This document shows positions 22,143 through 31,360 of a stretch of DNA of 64,000 nt, piece after piece. Under the pieces are notes generated by a model, which saw only the letters and a list, made by a program, of their open reading frames with translations, did no database searches and was not told the origin of the DNA. Origin of the DNA: an uncultured Gammaproteobacteria bacterium (GTDB lineage Bacteria; Pseudomonadota; Gammaproteobacteria; CAWCPV01); NCBI GenBank assembly GCA_963797555.1, contig CAWCPV010000005.1, positions 192,001 through 256,000 on the forward strand. Direction: 5' to 3'. Position numbers and translations under genes: made by a program. The stretch's first letter is position 1, and every line of letters begins with the position of its first letter.

Positions 22143-22505
22143 CCTGGGCAAACGGTTGGGGAAGTTCGGCCTGAGTCTGGAGCCGAGCAAGACCAAGCTC
22201 GTCGAGTTCGGTCGTTATGCCAGTATGCGAGCAAGCGGGGGAGGAGGCGTCCTGGGCTTCACCTTCTACTGCACGCGCAACCAAAAGGGCCACTTCAAGG
22301 TGGGGCTGCGGACCGAGAAGACTCGGCTGCAGCGCAGTCTGACCCGCCTGCGCGACCTGATGCGCCGGATGTGGCACTTGCCGGTGCACGAGCAGGTCGC
22401 CAACTCAACCGGGTGTTACGGGGCCACTTCGCGGACTCAGACATCGCCGGGAACTTCCGGGCCTTGCAGCAAGTGCATCGGTTCGTCGAACGGTACTGGC
22501 ACAAG
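22143..22505 (+). pseudogene. Group II intron RT/maturase C-terminal fragment
   Basis: LGKRLGKFGLSLEPSKTKLVEFG, LGFTFYC, LNRVLRGHF, AGNFRALQQVHRFVERYW; homologous to 33950-34330. Confidence 0.85.
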
Positions 22506-22641
22506 GGGTCACCCCCACCCGGTCCAACTCCTTCCTGCTCACACTCAAGACCTCCTCTGCCAACGCCTAACCCCCACGGTTGCCACCAAAAGGGGACATT
22601 TCTACCTTGCACAGGGGGGACATTACTACGTTGGACTAACG
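22506..22641 (-). mobile_element. ISNCY (IS1202-like) left end with the first transposase codons
   Basis: Tandem GGGGACATT repeats; GAGGAGG RBS then TTG-SVSRKELDRVGV. Confidence 0.65.
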
Positions 22642-22824
22642 CCGGCGCCGGAGGGTCTTGCCGCTTGTACGCGGCTTTGGTATAAAGATCAACCCGCGGT
22701 TTGTTCGCGGTGGGTCTCCGTGGTGGGGAAGACCCTGACGAGACGATCACCGGGTCGTGGTGTTATGTTTTTCGCCGAAAAACTCGACGATCCTGAAACG
22801 GATACGGTTGGAGAGGAGCACACT

Positions 22825-23010
22825 ATGTCACTGGGCATCTATCTCTACCTCACAACGACGGTTCTGGCGGGCAACTTCATCCTGTCTACGATGTGCAGTC
22901 CGTTCTGTTCTCCCAGACAGAGGAACGTCCTGCGCAGCCTGTTCGCCCTAGGGCTTGTCGGCGTGACTAGCCTCGGATACTCACTGTACGGGGCAGATCT
23001 CATGCACTGA
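22825..23010 (+). CDS. Small hydrophobic hypothetical protein (61 aa)
   Basis: GAGAGGAG RBS before ATG; two hydrophobic segments. Confidence 0.55.
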   Translation: MSLGIYLYLTTTVLAGNFILSTMCSPFCSPRQRNVLRSLFALGLVGVTSLGYSLYGADLMH

Positions 23011-23123
23011 TCATCTCACCCCTGCGCCACGGACGGCTCTCGACATCTCTTGGGGGTTGTGAAACCGAGCCCCGTTACGTGCCGACTGTGGGTGCGGGCC
23101 GAGGAATGAACGTCGGCGCCGGC

Positions 23124-23678
23124 TCAGTGGGTATCCAGGCGCCCAAGTTCTTCTACGATCATAAGAACCAATTGTTTGCCCTGAGCCGTCATCCCCTTGG
23201 AGAGTCTGTCGGGGTCCCGCTCCCCGTTGATCAGGGGCCGGATGGCGGCACCCAGGCGGGACATGTCCCCAGGCACCTTGCTCGTCTGTTCTGCCATTCC
23301 GGCAACGATTTGCAGGGCTTTGCTGTTACCGCGCGCCGCCGCGTGGATCGCCGCGGCCAAGCCGGGCGCGGCGAGTGCGGGATCCGGCTCGAAGCGGGGG
23401 TCCGGCAGCGCGGATGGATCCTGCAAGCCCTGCAGGATCGCCTCCGCGATGACGGTGTCCTCTTCATCCAGTCTGCTCAGGACTGTTCGATCCCTCGTGC
23501 CAGCGAGGATCAGGCGGATCGCCCCTACCAGTTCCGTCCAGCCGTTGTCCGCGGAGAACTTCAGCGCCTTTTCGATCTCTGGCCGCAGTTCGGGTCGGTG
23601 ATACGCCATGACTACGCCGTGGACCAGCCAGGCGTGGGCTTGGAGTATCTGCTGCCTCTTGTCAGGGAAGTGCGGCAT
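23124..23678 (-). CDS. Hypothetical protein (184 aa, helical)
   Basis: Intact ORF with protein-like composition, co-oriented with the heat-shock cluster. Confidence 0.75.
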   Translation of the reverse strand: MPHFPDKRQQILQAHAWLVHGVVMAYHRPELRPEIEKALKFSADNGWTELVGAIRLILAGTRDRTVLSRLDEEDTVIAEAILQGLQDPSALPDPRFEPDPALAAPGLAAAIHAAARGNSKALQIVAGMAEQTSKVPGDMSRLGAAIRPLINGERDPDRLSKGMTAQGKQLVLMIVEELGRLDTH

Positions 23679-23767
23679 TCACGGGTTGTCTTTGGCAGGT
23701 CGATGGCAACATCGAAGGCCCGGATGCCCGGAGACGACGGTGCCCCTCAGTGCGCCTCCGCGGGTAG

Positions 23768-24871
23768 CTAACTCCGTGACCCGCGCAGATGCGTGACGGA
23801 TACCAACGCTCGAAACTCCAACGACTCGCCGTTACGCCATACCTCTAACTTGACCTTGGTACCGATGTTGGACAAACCGATCCGATTACGGAGATCGGCT
23901 GCACCACGCACTGCGTGTCCGTTAACTGCAAGAATAACGTCACCGATGCGCAGCCCGGCCTGAGCACCCCCGAGCCCGCTCTGAACTTGGGTGATGACGG
24001 CGCCCTGCGCTGGTCCGATGCCGAGCGAGCGGGCCATATCCGGCGTTACGGAACGTACCGCGATGCCCAGCCGACCGCGGCGCACCGTACCGTCCGTGGC
24101 CAACTGCCCTACTACCGCCCGCACCATATTAATCGGTATGGCGAAGCCGATGCCCACGTTGCCACCCGCCGGAGCCAATATCGCTGCGTTCAGCCCCACC
24201 AGGTTACCACGCAGATTGACCAACGCACCGCCAGAGTTCCCGGGGTTGATCGATGCGTCCGTCTGAATGAAGTCCTCGTACCCATCGAGCCCGAGCCCAC
24301 TGCGACCAAGAGCGCTGACGATCCCGGAGGTTACAGACTGCCCTAGTCCAAAGGGACTGCCGATGGCGACCACGAAATCCCCGACTCGAAGACTGTCCGA
24401 ATCCCCAAGAGGAATGGCAGTCAGTCTATCGGCTCGGATCATAAGCAGGGCGATGTCTGTGTCCTTGTCCTTGCCGACGAGCTGAGCAGGGAGCTTCCGC
24501 CCGTCCTGCAATGTGACAGTGATGTCACGGGCATTCTCCACGACATGGTAGTCGGTGACAATGTAGCCCCGCTCGGTATCTACGATGACGCCTGACCCCA
24601 GACTCTGGGAGTTGAGTTCGCGGCCCCGCTCGGGGGCATACGGATAGCCGAAACGCGGACTCCCAAACATGGGATACTGTGGCAGCGCAACATACTCCCA
24701 GTCTCGGGCTGCTACATTGACCACCGCCGGCAAGACTTTTTCCAGCATCGGGGCCAGGGTGGGCATCTCCGCGCCGGAACTGGCGGGTACCGCGCCCAGC
24801 GCCGCGTTGGTCGACATCCCCGCCGGCAGGGCCGTCACCAAGGCGACGACCAATGCAACGAGTCGGTTCAT
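23768..24871 (-). CDS. HtrA/DegP-family serine protease with a single PDZ domain
   Basis: Signal peptide; GSGVI, HVV, DIALL, IQTDASINPGNSGGAL; one PDZ. Confidence 0.93.
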   Translation of the reverse strand: MNRLVALVVALVTALPAGMSTNAALGAVPASSGAEMPTLAPMLEKVLPAVVNVAARDWEYVALPQYPMFGSPRFGYPYAPERGRELNSQSLGSGVIVDTERGYIVTDYHVVENARDITVTLQDGRKLPAQLVGKDKDTDIALLMIRADRLTAIPLGDSDSLRVGDFVVAIGSPFGLGQSVTSGIVSALGRSGLGLDGYEDFIQTDASINPGNSGGALVNLRGNLVGLNAAILAPAGGNVGIGFAIPINMVRAVVGQLATDGTVRRGRLGIAVRSVTPDMARSLGIGPAQGAVITQVQSGLGGAQAGLRIGDVILAVNGHAVRGAADLRNRIGLSNIGTKVKLEVWRNGESLEFRALVSVTHLRGSRS

Positions 24872-24878
24872 GGCAGCG

Positions 24879-25382
24879 TCAGCCCCGTTCCACCGGTATG
24901 CGTCGGAGGCCCGCCTCCTGCGCCTTGGGTAAAGTAATCTGGAGCACTCCGCGCTTGTAGCTGGCACGTGCGCCTGTCTCCCGCACTACCGTCGGCAGAG
25001 GAATCGCGCGCTCGAACCTGCCGTATGCGCACTCCAAGACGTGGTAGCGGCCGTCCTCGGCGCTTCGCTCCATGACCTTCTCTCCGCGGACCACCAGCAT
25101 ATCGCCCGCCGTCTGGATCTCGAAATCGTCGCCCCGCATTCCGGCGATCTCGAGCTTTACCACGATGTCCGAGCCCTGCTCAATGACTTCCGCCGGCAGC
25201 AGTCCCCAGCGCACCGCGCTCTGCGTTACTTGGTCGTTCGCGGATTGTGCTGCGCTGCGGCGGTTCGAGGGCTGGAAGTGCGTGAGAGCATGAGCAGCCC
25301 GGGATCGGAGATGGCTCCAGCCCTCCGCCAGCGTCTCCCAGGCCCGTGTCAACCCCTCCCGCAACTGACTCAAGGTTGCCAT
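24879..25382 (-). CDS. Hsp20/alpha-crystallin small heat shock protein
   Basis: LVVRGEK, YGRFERAIPLP, ASYKRGVLQITLPK. Confidence 0.92.
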   Translation of the reverse strand: MATLSQLREGLTRAWETLAEGWSHLRSRAAHALTHFQPSNRRSAAQSANDQVTQSAVRWGLLPAEVIEQGSDIVVKLEIAGMRGDDFEIQTAGDMLVVRGEKVMERSAEDGRYHVLECAYGRFERAIPLPTVVRETGARASYKRGVLQITLPKAQEAGLRRIPVERG

Positions 25383-25566
25383 TGCGCTCTTCCTTCTGTA
25401 CCGATGCAGGCACCCGGTCGGTGTGCCTATGGGCCCCCGCTCCACGCTCGCATTGCGTGCGTGCGATGCCCTCTCGCTTATTCAGTATAGCCCACTGCAG
25501 CGCGGCTGCCCGAGGTTCCCGCGGCAAGGGCACAGACGCTCGCGCTGCGTCCGCCAGCGCACCCAG

Positions 25567-25878
25567 TTACCCCTCATCTTCCAGTGCACTCAACCGGCTC
25601 CTCAAGACCCGCAGCTCGTCCAGCAGTTCCAGCGCCAGGGCGACACCAGCCAGGTTGATGTGTAGGTCACGCTGCAGCCGAATACTCATGAGTAAACGCG
25701 GCAGCTCATTGGCCGGAAAGTGCCACGTCATCGGTGAGGAGCCGAGCGGGTCGAGCAGGCCTTCCTCCACCATGGCGATGAGGTCCTCGGCACAAAGACC
25801 GCTGATGCGGCACATGTCGGCCAGACTGAGGACTACGCCCTCGTCAAGGACCACACCGGTTATGAGCGTAGTGGTCAC
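25567..25878 (-). CDS. cbpM: Chaperone modulator CbpM
   Basis: RLQRDLHINLAGVALALELLDEL; directly downstream of cbpA. Confidence 0.9.
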   Translation of the reverse strand: MTTTLITGVVLDEGVVLSLADMCRISGLCAEDLIAMVEEGLLDPLGSSPMTWHFPANELPRLLMSIRLQRDLHINLAGVALALELLDELRVLRSRLSALEDEG

Positions 25879-25879
25879 G

Positions 25880-26827
25880 TTACTCGTCAAGCTCGGCTCG
25901 CGGGTTGAATGGCATAGTACGGGCCATGGTCCGATAGAACTCTCGCTTGGCGTCGCTGTCGGCCGGTGGGGTGACGATCTGCAGGACGACATACTGGTCG
26001 CCCGGTGTTCTGCCGGGCAGCCCACGGTGGCGCAGCCGCAGCTTCTGCCCCGAGCGAGCGCCCGGTGGAATCCTCAGGTGCACCTGTCCTCCCAGGGTGG
26101 GAACTGCAATGCGGGCGCCGAGCGCGGCCTCCCAAGGCGTGACTGGAAGCTCGAAGCGCAGGTCCCTCCCGTCCACACGGTACTGAGGGTGGGGTTGGAG
26201 GTCGACTTCCAGATAAAGGTCGCCCGCGGGTCCGCCCCCGAGCCCCGGACCGCCCTGGCCCGGCAGTCGGATTCGTTGCCCCTGTGTGACGCCGGCAGGG
26301 ACACGGATCTGCAACGAACGGGGACGCATGATGATCCGTCCCTGATCGTCCATCTCCGGAACCTGTAAGTGCACAGTCCGGCTAGCCCCGTGGTATGCGT
26401 CTTCCAGAGTGAGGGAGAGCTTCGCGTGCTGGTCATCGCCCGGTGCCCTGAAGTGCGTGCGTCGTGCGCCTCCATGGGCAGTATCTGCGTCCCGTCCGAA
26501 CAGCGCTTCGAAGAAATCGCTGAAATGATGCGCCCCGCGAGTGAAGCCCCCTCTGCCGAAGTCGACCTCGGCCTCCCATCCCGGCGGGGGCCGGAACTCG
26601 TGGCCCGCCCTCCACTCGGTGCCCAGTTGTTCATAGGCGGTGCGTTTCTGCGGGTCCTTGAGGACCTCGTAAGCCTCCGCGACCTCTTTGAAGCGAGCCT
26701 CCGCGTCCGGTTCCTTGCTGACGTCGGGATGATACTTGCGCGCAAGCTTCCGGTAAGCTCGCTTGATTTCGTCCGGCGAGGCCTCGCGAGGTACGCCCAG
26801 TATCTGGTAGTAGTCCTTGTATTCCAT
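25880..26827 (-). CDS. cbpA: DnaJ-class chaperone CbpA
   Basis: J domain [24 protein letters not shown]; no zinc finger. Confidence 0.93.
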   Translation of the reverse strand: MEYKDYYQILGVPREASPDEIKRAYRKLARKYHPDVSKEPDAEARFKEVAEAYEVLKDPQKRTAYEQLGTEWRAGHEFRPPPGWEAEVDFGRGGFTRGAHHFSDFFEALFGRDADTAHGGARRTHFRAPGDDQHAKLSLTLEDAYHGASRTVHLQVPEMDDQGRIIMRPRSLQIRVPAGVTQGQRIRLPGQGGPGLGGGPAGDLYLEVDLQPHPQYRVDGRDLRFELPVTPWEAALGARIAVPTLGGQVHLRIPPGARSGQKLRLRHRGLPGRTPGDQYVVLQIVTPPADSDAKREFYRTMARTMPFNPRAELDE

Positions 26828-26856
26828 TGAACGGTATCAGCGGGCGCTTCGTGCGA

Positions 26857-26999
26857 GAGCCTCTGAATACACCTGCCGCGCGCCCTGATGGCGGCGTCGC
26901 GCGACGCTCGCTCGTCGCCTATCTACATTCATAATGTCTCGGCCCTTTGCCCCTGCAGCCTCGCTTTCCGCCCGCTCGCGACGATTTCACCACAGGCTC
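26857..26999. repeat. Palindromic MITE-like element, degenerate copy
   Basis: GAGCCTCTGAA...CCACAGGCTC flanked by CGA/TGA; shares TCGCCTATCTAC and CCGCTCGCGACGATTTC with 36120-36260. Confidence 0.8.
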
Positions 27000-27049
27000 T
27001 GACATAGAGGGCGGCATGGCCGCCGCCCCCTGCTGCCAGCCGCAGTTTG

Positions 27050-27502
27050 TTAGTCAGACGACTCGACGGAGATCTTTCGGGGCTGCACCCGCTCATGCTT
27101 GGGGATCACGACCTCCAGTACGCCGTTCCTAGTCTTTGCGCTAATCCGGTCAGCTTCGGCCGTGTCCGGAAGCGTAAAACGCCGATAGAAGGTCCCGCGC
27201 ACCCGCTCCATACGCGTGTAGCCCTCGCGCTCTTCAGTGGCCTCTTCGGCGCGCTCACCCTTGATGGTCAGTACTCCGTTCTCCATGGTGATCTCGACGT
27301 CCTTGGGATTGACCCCAGGGACGTTGGCGAATAGGACGAAGCGGTCGGACTCTTCTTTGATGTCGACCGCCGGGACCCACTCGCTGGTCACCACGTTCGA
27401 GACATCACCCCCGCCGCGTGCCAAGCGACTCTCGAATACCTTATTCATCTCGTCCCGGAGTTGGTCGAGCACGCGAAACGGGTCATAGGGGATCAATGCC
27501 AT
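27050..27502 (-). CDS. Hsp20/alpha-crystallin small heat shock protein
   Basis: WVPAVDIKE, LTIKGER, GTFYRRFTLP, NGVLEVVIPK. Confidence 0.95.
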   Translation of the reverse strand: MALIPYDPFRVLDQLRDEMNKVFESRLARGGGDVSNVVTSEWVPAVDIKEESDRFVLFANVPGVNPKDVEITMENGVLTIKGERAEEATEEREGYTRMERVRGTFYRRFTLPDTAEADRISAKTRNGVLEVVIPKHERVQPRKISVESSD

Positions 27503-27586
27503 GACATACCCTCCATACTAGTAGACAAGAATGGAATGCGACACGACCTTAGACGGCGCCATGACTGCTCCAGGTCGTTGAGCGTC

Positions 27587-27615
27587 AAATGGAGTCGTGT
27601 CGCTGGCGTTTCAAG
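27587..27615 (-). promoter_or_regulatory. Sigma32 (RpoH) promoter
   Basis: CTTGAAA-14 nt-CTCCATTT, 85 nt upstream of hsp20. Confidence 0.75.
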
Positions 27616-29166
27616 GCCCCGCGACGACGAGCATCGGCCGCTATATTTGTGCACCTCACGGAACCGGTTATCATGTTGCCAGCAGTGCTGTTTACGCTGA
27701 CTCCCGGCGGCGGCGCCGAGTTGGCTTGGAACGACTGGCCGTTCTTTCCCGCCTCATCTCCAGGAGCGACGTGGAGCTATTCGCTATCGCGCCGGGATAA
27801 GTTCGGTGCGTCTTGCAGGGTGAAAGTCCCCGTCGGGTAAGGGCTAGCCACCCGCCCGTATCGAGTCTTGCGTCTGTGGCGGAGCCGAGGGAGCGGCGAA
27901 CAAGACAGGCGAAGCGTAGACAGAGCATCCTGTAGGCCGTAGGGGTGACGCGCACCCTGAAGTGCTGGTACAGCTTCGAGATAGCTTGTTGCGGATGCCG
28001 AGGGTTTTAACGTGCCCGAAGGCCACACGAAGCAGCCGTGTTGGCGAGGCTGTGGAGGTCCGCCGGAGTCCTCAGGCCGCGGCATGCAGGACGAGATGCG
28101 TCAGAGAACCCGGGAGGCCCCAACGGCTCCTACCGGAGGGAAGCATGGGTGTATGGCATACCGTTATTGAGGCACGCAAGGGGAAACCCCGACACAGGGT
28201 TAGACGGGAGCCTAAGCGCGTATGTGGAAGTCCGGTGCAGGCAGGCGGAGGAGTACTGTCAAAGGGAAAGCCCGCCGCATGCCGTTGGGGAGTCTTATCA
28301 GGCGTAGTACTCTGAGCATGGGAGAGCCATGTACCTGGGGAAGGACCTGACGGAAGTACGTAGCCTGCACAGGCCCCTCGTGCCGGACGGAGTCGGGCCG
28401 GGTCCACACGAGCCAACCTTCTTGCGGGCGATAGCCACCAAGGCGCAAGCCTGTCAGCAACATCGGTTTCAGGACCTCTGCCGGTGCCTGGACGCCGAGT
28501 TCCTGCGGCACTGCTGGGGCGACCTCAACCAGGATGCGGCCAGTGGGGTGGACGGGGTGACGGCGGCCGAGTATGCGCAGGACCTGCATGCCAATATCCA
28601 GGCCCTGGCGGAGCGACTGAAGACCAAACGCTACCGTGCCCAGCGGGTACGGCGTGTCTATATTCCCAAGGAGAACGGAACTGAAAGGCCGTTAGGCATC
28701 CCGGCGCTGGAGGATAAGCTGGTACAGCTCGCCTGTGCCAAGCTGCTCGTCGCCATCTACGAGCAAGACTTCCTCGCATGCAGCTATGGGTACCGACCAG
28801 AACGTGGCGCATTGGATGCGGTGCGAGAGTTGACCTTTGACCTGCAGTACGGGGTCTATGGCTATGTGGTAGAAGCCGACGTCAAAGGTTTCTTCGATAA
28901 TCTCGACCACGACTGGCTGTTGGAGATGCTGCGGTTGCGCATCGACGACCGGGCCTTTTTGGGACTGATTCGTCAATGGCTGAAGGCCGGTATTCTGGAG
29001 ACCGACGGAGTGGTCATGCATCCCGAGACCGGCACGCCGCAGGGCGGCATTGTCTCGCCGGTGCTGGCGAACGTGTACCTGCACCATGTGCTGGACCTGT
29101 GGTTCGAGCGGGTGGTCAAGGCCCATTGTCGTGGTGAGGCACTGCTGTGCCGCTACGCCGATGATG

Positions 29167-30996
29167 GTGCGCCGCGAAGGCGCGAAGGGGTGCTTATGAA
29201 TTAGGCACACTGGAGCAGCCATGCTGCACAGGAGATGAGGGCAGGCCCCTCGGAGCCGCCGTGCAGGCGGAGGCTTCAAACCACCCACTGTTGCTGCGTT
29301 CAAGAGACGTGGTGGTGAGCGAGTGAGGAAACGGCAGGGCAGGACCCTGTCAGGTAAGGACCGAGCAGTCGAACGCAAGTGAACCGCTGATGACGTGTCG
29401 AAAGCTTGAGGCGCGACGTCGAAACCGGGGGGGAATCGTTACTCCGGGATGAGTCTGGGGGGCACCTGTCTACTGTCCAGACGGCGTCCGGCATGGAGGC
29501 GGCGAGAGTTCGGTCCAGGCTCTTGTGCGGAACGCGGGAACCTGTCACCCCGATGCCAAGGGAGAAACGCGAGTGGAAGCCCCACGAGCGTGAGAGTACC
29601 GATGCGGGGTACAGGGACGGAGCAACCCGTAGTAGTGATGAAGGTTCTGTAATGGGGCCGGAGCGAAGGGGTTGCCCTATCCGGCCTGAGACGGGGGAGC
29701 AACCAGTGATGGGAGGACTTCTTTGAATCGGGCCAAGCCATTTCCCATTAGCAAGCGTCAAGTGTGGGAAGCCTATCAACGGGTGAAAGCCAACCAGGGA
29801 GGGGCGGGCGTGGACGAGCAAAGCCTGGCTGAGTTTGCGGAGGAGCTGGAAGATAACCTCTACAAGCTCTGGAACCGGCTGGCGTCCGGGAGCTACATGC
29901 CCCCACCGGTCAAGCGCGTGGAGATCCCCAAGGCGGGCGGTGGAGTCCGGCCGCTGGGGGTGCCCACCGTAGCGGACCGGATCGCCCAGACGGTGGTCAA
30001 GCAGACCTTAGAGCCGGTGCTGGAGAGCCATTTTCATCCTGACTCCTACGGCTACCGGCCGGGCAAGTCGGCGTTGCAGGCGATTGGGCAGGCGCGCAAG
30101 CGCTGCTGGCGCTACGATTGGGTGGTTGACCTCGACATCAAGGGCTTCTTCGATAGCATCGACTGGAAGCTGCTGATGCGCGCGGTGCGCCACCACACTC
30201 AGGAGGCTTGGGTGCTGCTCTACATCGAGCGCTGGCTGTGCGCCCCGGTGCAGATGCTGGATGGGACGCTGCTCGCGAACCTGTTCCTGCACTGTGCCTT
30301 CGACGCGTGGATGCAGCGGCACTACCCGCACATCCCGTTCGAGCGCTACGCCGATGATGGTCTGTGCCACTGTCGAACCAAGGACGAGGCTGAACACCTC
30401 AAGGCCGCGCTCAAGCGGCGCTTTGCCGCGTGTGGGCTAGAGCTGCATCCGCAGAAGACCCGCATCGTCTATTGTCAGGATGACGACCGACGGGAGGCGT
30501 ATTCGGACACCGCCTTCGATTTCCTGGGGTACACGTTTCGTCCCCGGCGCTCGAAGAACCGGTGGGGTAAACCCTTCATCAACTTCACCCCGGCCATCAG
30601 CAACCCGGCCGCGAAGGCGATTCGCCAGCAGGTGAGGCGCTGGAAGTTGCATCTGCGCAGCGACAAGGACTTGGAGGGCTTGGCGCGGATGTTCAATGCG
30701 GTGATTCGCGGCTGGGTCAACTACTACAGCGCCTACTACAAGTCGGGGCTGTATCCGACCCTGAAGCATTTGGAGCGCAAGCTCATGCTGTGGGCGACGC
30801 GCAAGTTCAAGCGCTTGCGTGGCCACCGCCGGCGGGCGGCTCAATGGTTGGCGCGCGTGGCGCGTCGGCACCTCGGGCTGTTCGCCCATTGGCTGCTGCT
30901 CTATGGGCAGGCTGGATAGGAAGAGCCGGATGAGCGGAGACGTTCACGTCCGGTTCCGTGAGCGCCCAGGGGGGCGGTTCCCTTGGGCGACTCGAC
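29167..30996 (+). mobile_element. Group II intron B (class D-like), complete RNA, nested
   Basis: GTGCG start; DV GAGCCGGATGAGCGGAGACGTTCACGTCCGGTTC (30923-30956); DVI ending CGACTCGAC. Confidence 0.93.
29723..30919 (+). CDS. ltrA: Intron B RT/maturase with an in-frame deletion of the PQG block; no endonuclease domain
   Basis: RPLGVPTVADR, DLDIKGFFD, RYADD, FDFLGY, X domain; DGTL is joined directly to LANLFLH. Confidence 0.9.
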   Translation: MNRAKPFPISKRQVWEAYQRVKANQGGAGVDEQSLAEFAEELEDNLYKLWNRLASGSYMPPPVKRVEIPKAGGGVRPLGVPTVADRIAQTVVKQTLEPVLESHFHPDSYGYRPGKSALQAIGQARKRCWRYDWVVDLDIKGFFDSIDWKLLMRAVRHHTQEAWVLLYIERWLCAPVQMLDGTLLANLFLHCAFDAWMQRHYPHIPFERYADDGLCHCRTKDEAEHLKAALKRRFAACGLELHPQKTRIVYCQDDDRREAYSDTAFDFLGYTFRPRRSKNRWGKPFINFTPAISNPAAKAIRQQVRRWKLHLRSDKDLEGLARMFNAVIRGWVNYYSAYYKSGLYPTLKHLERKLMLWATRKFKRLRGHRRRAAQWLARVARRHLGLFAHWLLLYGQAG

Positions 30997-31360
30997 GGGT
31001 GTGCGCCTTCCGCTACCGGGACGATGCCGGGCGGTTCTACCGGGTGCTGCCGAAGCGGCTGGAAAAATTCGGCCTGCAAGTGGCGCCCGAGAAGACCCGG
31101 CTCTTACGCTTCAGCCGATTCCACCCGAGCAGGAAGCGACCCTTCACCTTCTTGGGGTTCGAGTTTCTACTGGATGCCTGACCGACAAGGTGTAGTGCGG
31201 GTGAAACGGCGCTCCGCCCGCAAGAAGTTGCTGGCGGCGTGCCGGCGCATCAAGACATGGATCAGGGACCACCGGCATCCGCCGGGGCGCGAGTTCTTTG
31301 CCGGCCTGAACCGCAGGCTGCGGGGGCACTACCACTACTATGGTGTTCGGGGCAACTCGG

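Larger units (their letters stand above)
27787..31360 (+). mobile_element. Outer (host) group II intron, class E/F-like, interrupted by intron B and truncated by IS110
   Basis: TCGCGCCGGG...GGGTGAAAGTCCC 5' region; RT 28329-29166 (LGIPALEDK, EADVKGFFD, GTPQGG, RYADD) resumes at 30997 (VCAFRY, FTFLGF, LRGHYHYYG). Confidence 0.9.

Noticed and set aside
22156-23010. 284-aa ORF suggesting an RT-membrane protein fusion
   Set aside because: Chance read-through across an RT remnant, an IS end and a small gene with its own RBS.
28329-30919. RTs as retron, DGR or defence-system components
   Set aside because: They sit within group II intron RNA domains and have maturase regions; no msr/msd, TR/VR pair or effector gene seen.
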